NCBI GenBank assembly: GCA_965219445.1
Contig: CBDCNQ010000005.1
Coordinates: 96,001 to 160,000, forward strand
From: Longimicrobiales bacterium
Lineage (GTDB): Bacteria; Gemmatimonadota; Gemmatimonadetes; Longimicrobiales; Gaopeijiaceae
Direction of reading: 5' to 3'
DNA: 64,000 nt
Part shown: in pieces, positions 62,497 to 64,000 of the stretch
How the letters are laid out: every line of letters begins with the position of its first letter
Numbering within the stretch: position 1 is the stretch's first letter
Made by a program: the position numbers and the translations under genes
The notes under the pieces: model-generated
Database searches by the model: none
Told to the model about the DNA's origin: nothing
The model's input: only the letters and a program-made list of their open reading frames with translations

Positions 62497-63082
62497 GTGG
62501 GTTCAACACTGTCAAGCAATCAAGCGGAGGCGCAGGCGGGAGTCTGCATGGTTTCCCCGATCGTCACGCAGATTCAGGCCGGAATCCAAAGGCAATTGCT
62601 CCTACAGACACGAGAGTTGGCAAAGAGGGGTCGTCGAGTCTTGGTGCTCCAACGGGATGATCCGGCACTACGTGAATCCCCGGCTCTACGAGAAAAATGG
62701 AAGCACGTCACGTTCGTCTCCACACTTCGCCTTCCGGGCGGGGGCCATGACGGGGGTCGGTCGGCCGAACGAGTCCGAGGCCTAATCTTCATCCTCCACG
62801 GACTGCTCCTTCTCTGGAAGCACCGGCGTGAGTACGGAATCTTACACGCTCAGCAGCTCTATTCCCCCACCATCCTAGGTGCATTGGCCAAAATGCTCCT
62901 CGGCAAGAAGTTGGTGGTGAAGGTTACAGCTTCGGGTCACATGGGGGAACTAAAGAGGTGGAGATCGCATGGCTGAAATGTCCGCCGCAGCCCGACATCG
63001 AATGACGAAGTCGTTCTCGGTCGATGCAGTAGTGGACCGGATCGAAGAGCTCTACCTGCCATCGGCACCCGCCGCATCATGA
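62497..63082 (+). pseudogene. Family 4 glycosyltransferase with a large internal deletion
   Basis: The N-terminal domain (AGIQRQ...LAKRG.RV.V...ILHAQ...VVKV) is joined out of frame to the typical C-terminal tail MSAAARHRM..SFS.DAVVDRIEELY (62969-63082). The EX7E region is absent. Confidence 0.75.
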
Positions 63083-64000
63083 AGATCCTATTCGCTATAA
63101 AGTCGTTCAACAGGCTGGGGGGCGGTGCAGAGCGCGTGTTGGCCGACGTTAGCAGCGGCTTGGCGGACCGAGGTCATCAGGTCTGGGTAATGACGTATGA
63201 CGCCGAGGACGGAGGATCCTTCTATCCATTGAGTGAGTCCATTACGCGACTCAATCTGGGAATTGGCAGCCCAGAAAAGTCCGCCAAAGTCAAGCAGACT
63301 CTCGTCCGCATGCTCGCGTTGCGCCGCAGTACTGTGCAGATCGATCCGGACATCGTGGTCGGTTTCATGCACAGCGTGTTCATCCCACTTGGATTGGCTC
63401 TCTCCGGCACGAAGTTCCCAGTTATCGCCAGCGAGCATATCGGTGCCGAGTACTATCGGAGTCGTCCGTTCCAACACTTCCTTCTTCAACTCACGCCGTA
63501 TCTCACGAACCGTACCACCGTCATTTCGGAGAAGGTGAGAGAGGGGTATAACGCCCATCTAAGGAAACAGATGGTCGTTATCCCGAACCCGGTCAGCGTG
63601 CCACCTACGAATAAGGACGCCTCCTCGAAACCAGACCGCACGCGGAAGGTGCTCTTGGCCGTTGGGAGGTTTGAGCCACAAAAGGACCACAAGGTCTTGT
63701 TGGAGGCCTTTGGACTGGTCGCAGTTGACTTCCCTGAGTGGAACCTCCGAATCGTTGGAGACGGCGAACTACGTCCTCGACTCGAGGCTCAGGCAAGAGA
63801 ACTCGGACTACAAGAACGCATTCAGCTCCCGGGCGTAACGAAAGAGATTGGAAGGGAATACGCCGGCGCCGACCTATTCGTCATGCCGTCACTCTATGAG
63901 AGCTTTGGACTCGCAACGGCTGAAGCCCTGACTCATGGCTTGCCGGCCATAGGTTTCGCGGATTGCCCGGGAACCAACGAACTGATCATCCATGATCGAA
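63079..64000 (+). CDS. Family 4 glycosyltransferase (runs off the window end; absent from the ORF track)
   Basis: MKILFAIKSFNRLGGGAERV...VIPNPV...AVGRFEPQKDH...IVGDGELR...ADLFVMPSLYESFGLATAEA. Confidence 0.92.
   Translation, partial: MKILFAIKSFNRLGGGAERVLADVSSGLADRGHQVWVMTYDAEDGGSFYPLSESITRLNLGIGSPEKSAKVKQTLVRMLALRRSTVQIDPDIVVGFMHSVFIPLGLALSGTKFPVIASEHIGAEYYRSRPFQHFLLQLTPYLTNRTTVISEKVREGYNAHLRKQMVVIPNPVSVPPTNKDASSKPDRTRKVLLAVGRFEPQKDHKVLLEAFGLVAVDFPEWNLRIVGDGELRPRLEAQARELGLQERIQLPGVTKEIGREYAGADLFVMPSLYESFGLATAEALTHGLPAIGFADCPGTNELIIHDR

Noticed and set aside
1..64000. CRISPR arrays, tRNA/rRNA genes, prophage or defence systems
   Set aside because: No repeat-spacer periodicity, cloverleaf or rRNA signature, or phage/defence protein motif was recognised by eye.

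Overview
GC-rich bacterial chromosomal segment. The gene repertoire suggests Gemmatimonadota (inference, not tested). In order, it contains: an operon of M28 peptidase, Tat-exported D-aminoacylase and LuxE/LuxC-like genes; a MoxR-DUF58-transglutaminase triad; an alternative complex III (ACIII) operon with no recognisable actD; a frameshifted GAF-GGDEF cyclase; trmJ and tatA separated by a 303-bp highly structured element with terminal inverted repeats; an internally collapsed acyl-CoA dehydrogenase relic; gcvH-gcvP with a lipoate ligase-family gene; a peptide ABC operon disrupted by a frameshift and a scrambled IS110 element; exbB, slt, cspA, polA and ssb; two outer-membrane proteins flanking a sigma-70 gene; maeB-pckA and ppdK interleaved with exported hydrolases; a cytochrome c/copper-monooxygenase lipoprotein beside DUF3500 and a cyclase pseudogene; and the start of a glycan locus (asnB-like, GT4 genes). 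The most notable items are the IS110 rearrangement with both element ends visible, the two-armed MITE/ncRNA-like element, the heme-copper monooxygenase cluster, the luciferase-less luxEC operon, the atypical ACIII, and a recurring pattern of microhomology-bounded deletions. That last pattern may be real genome erosion or an amplification/assembly artefact.
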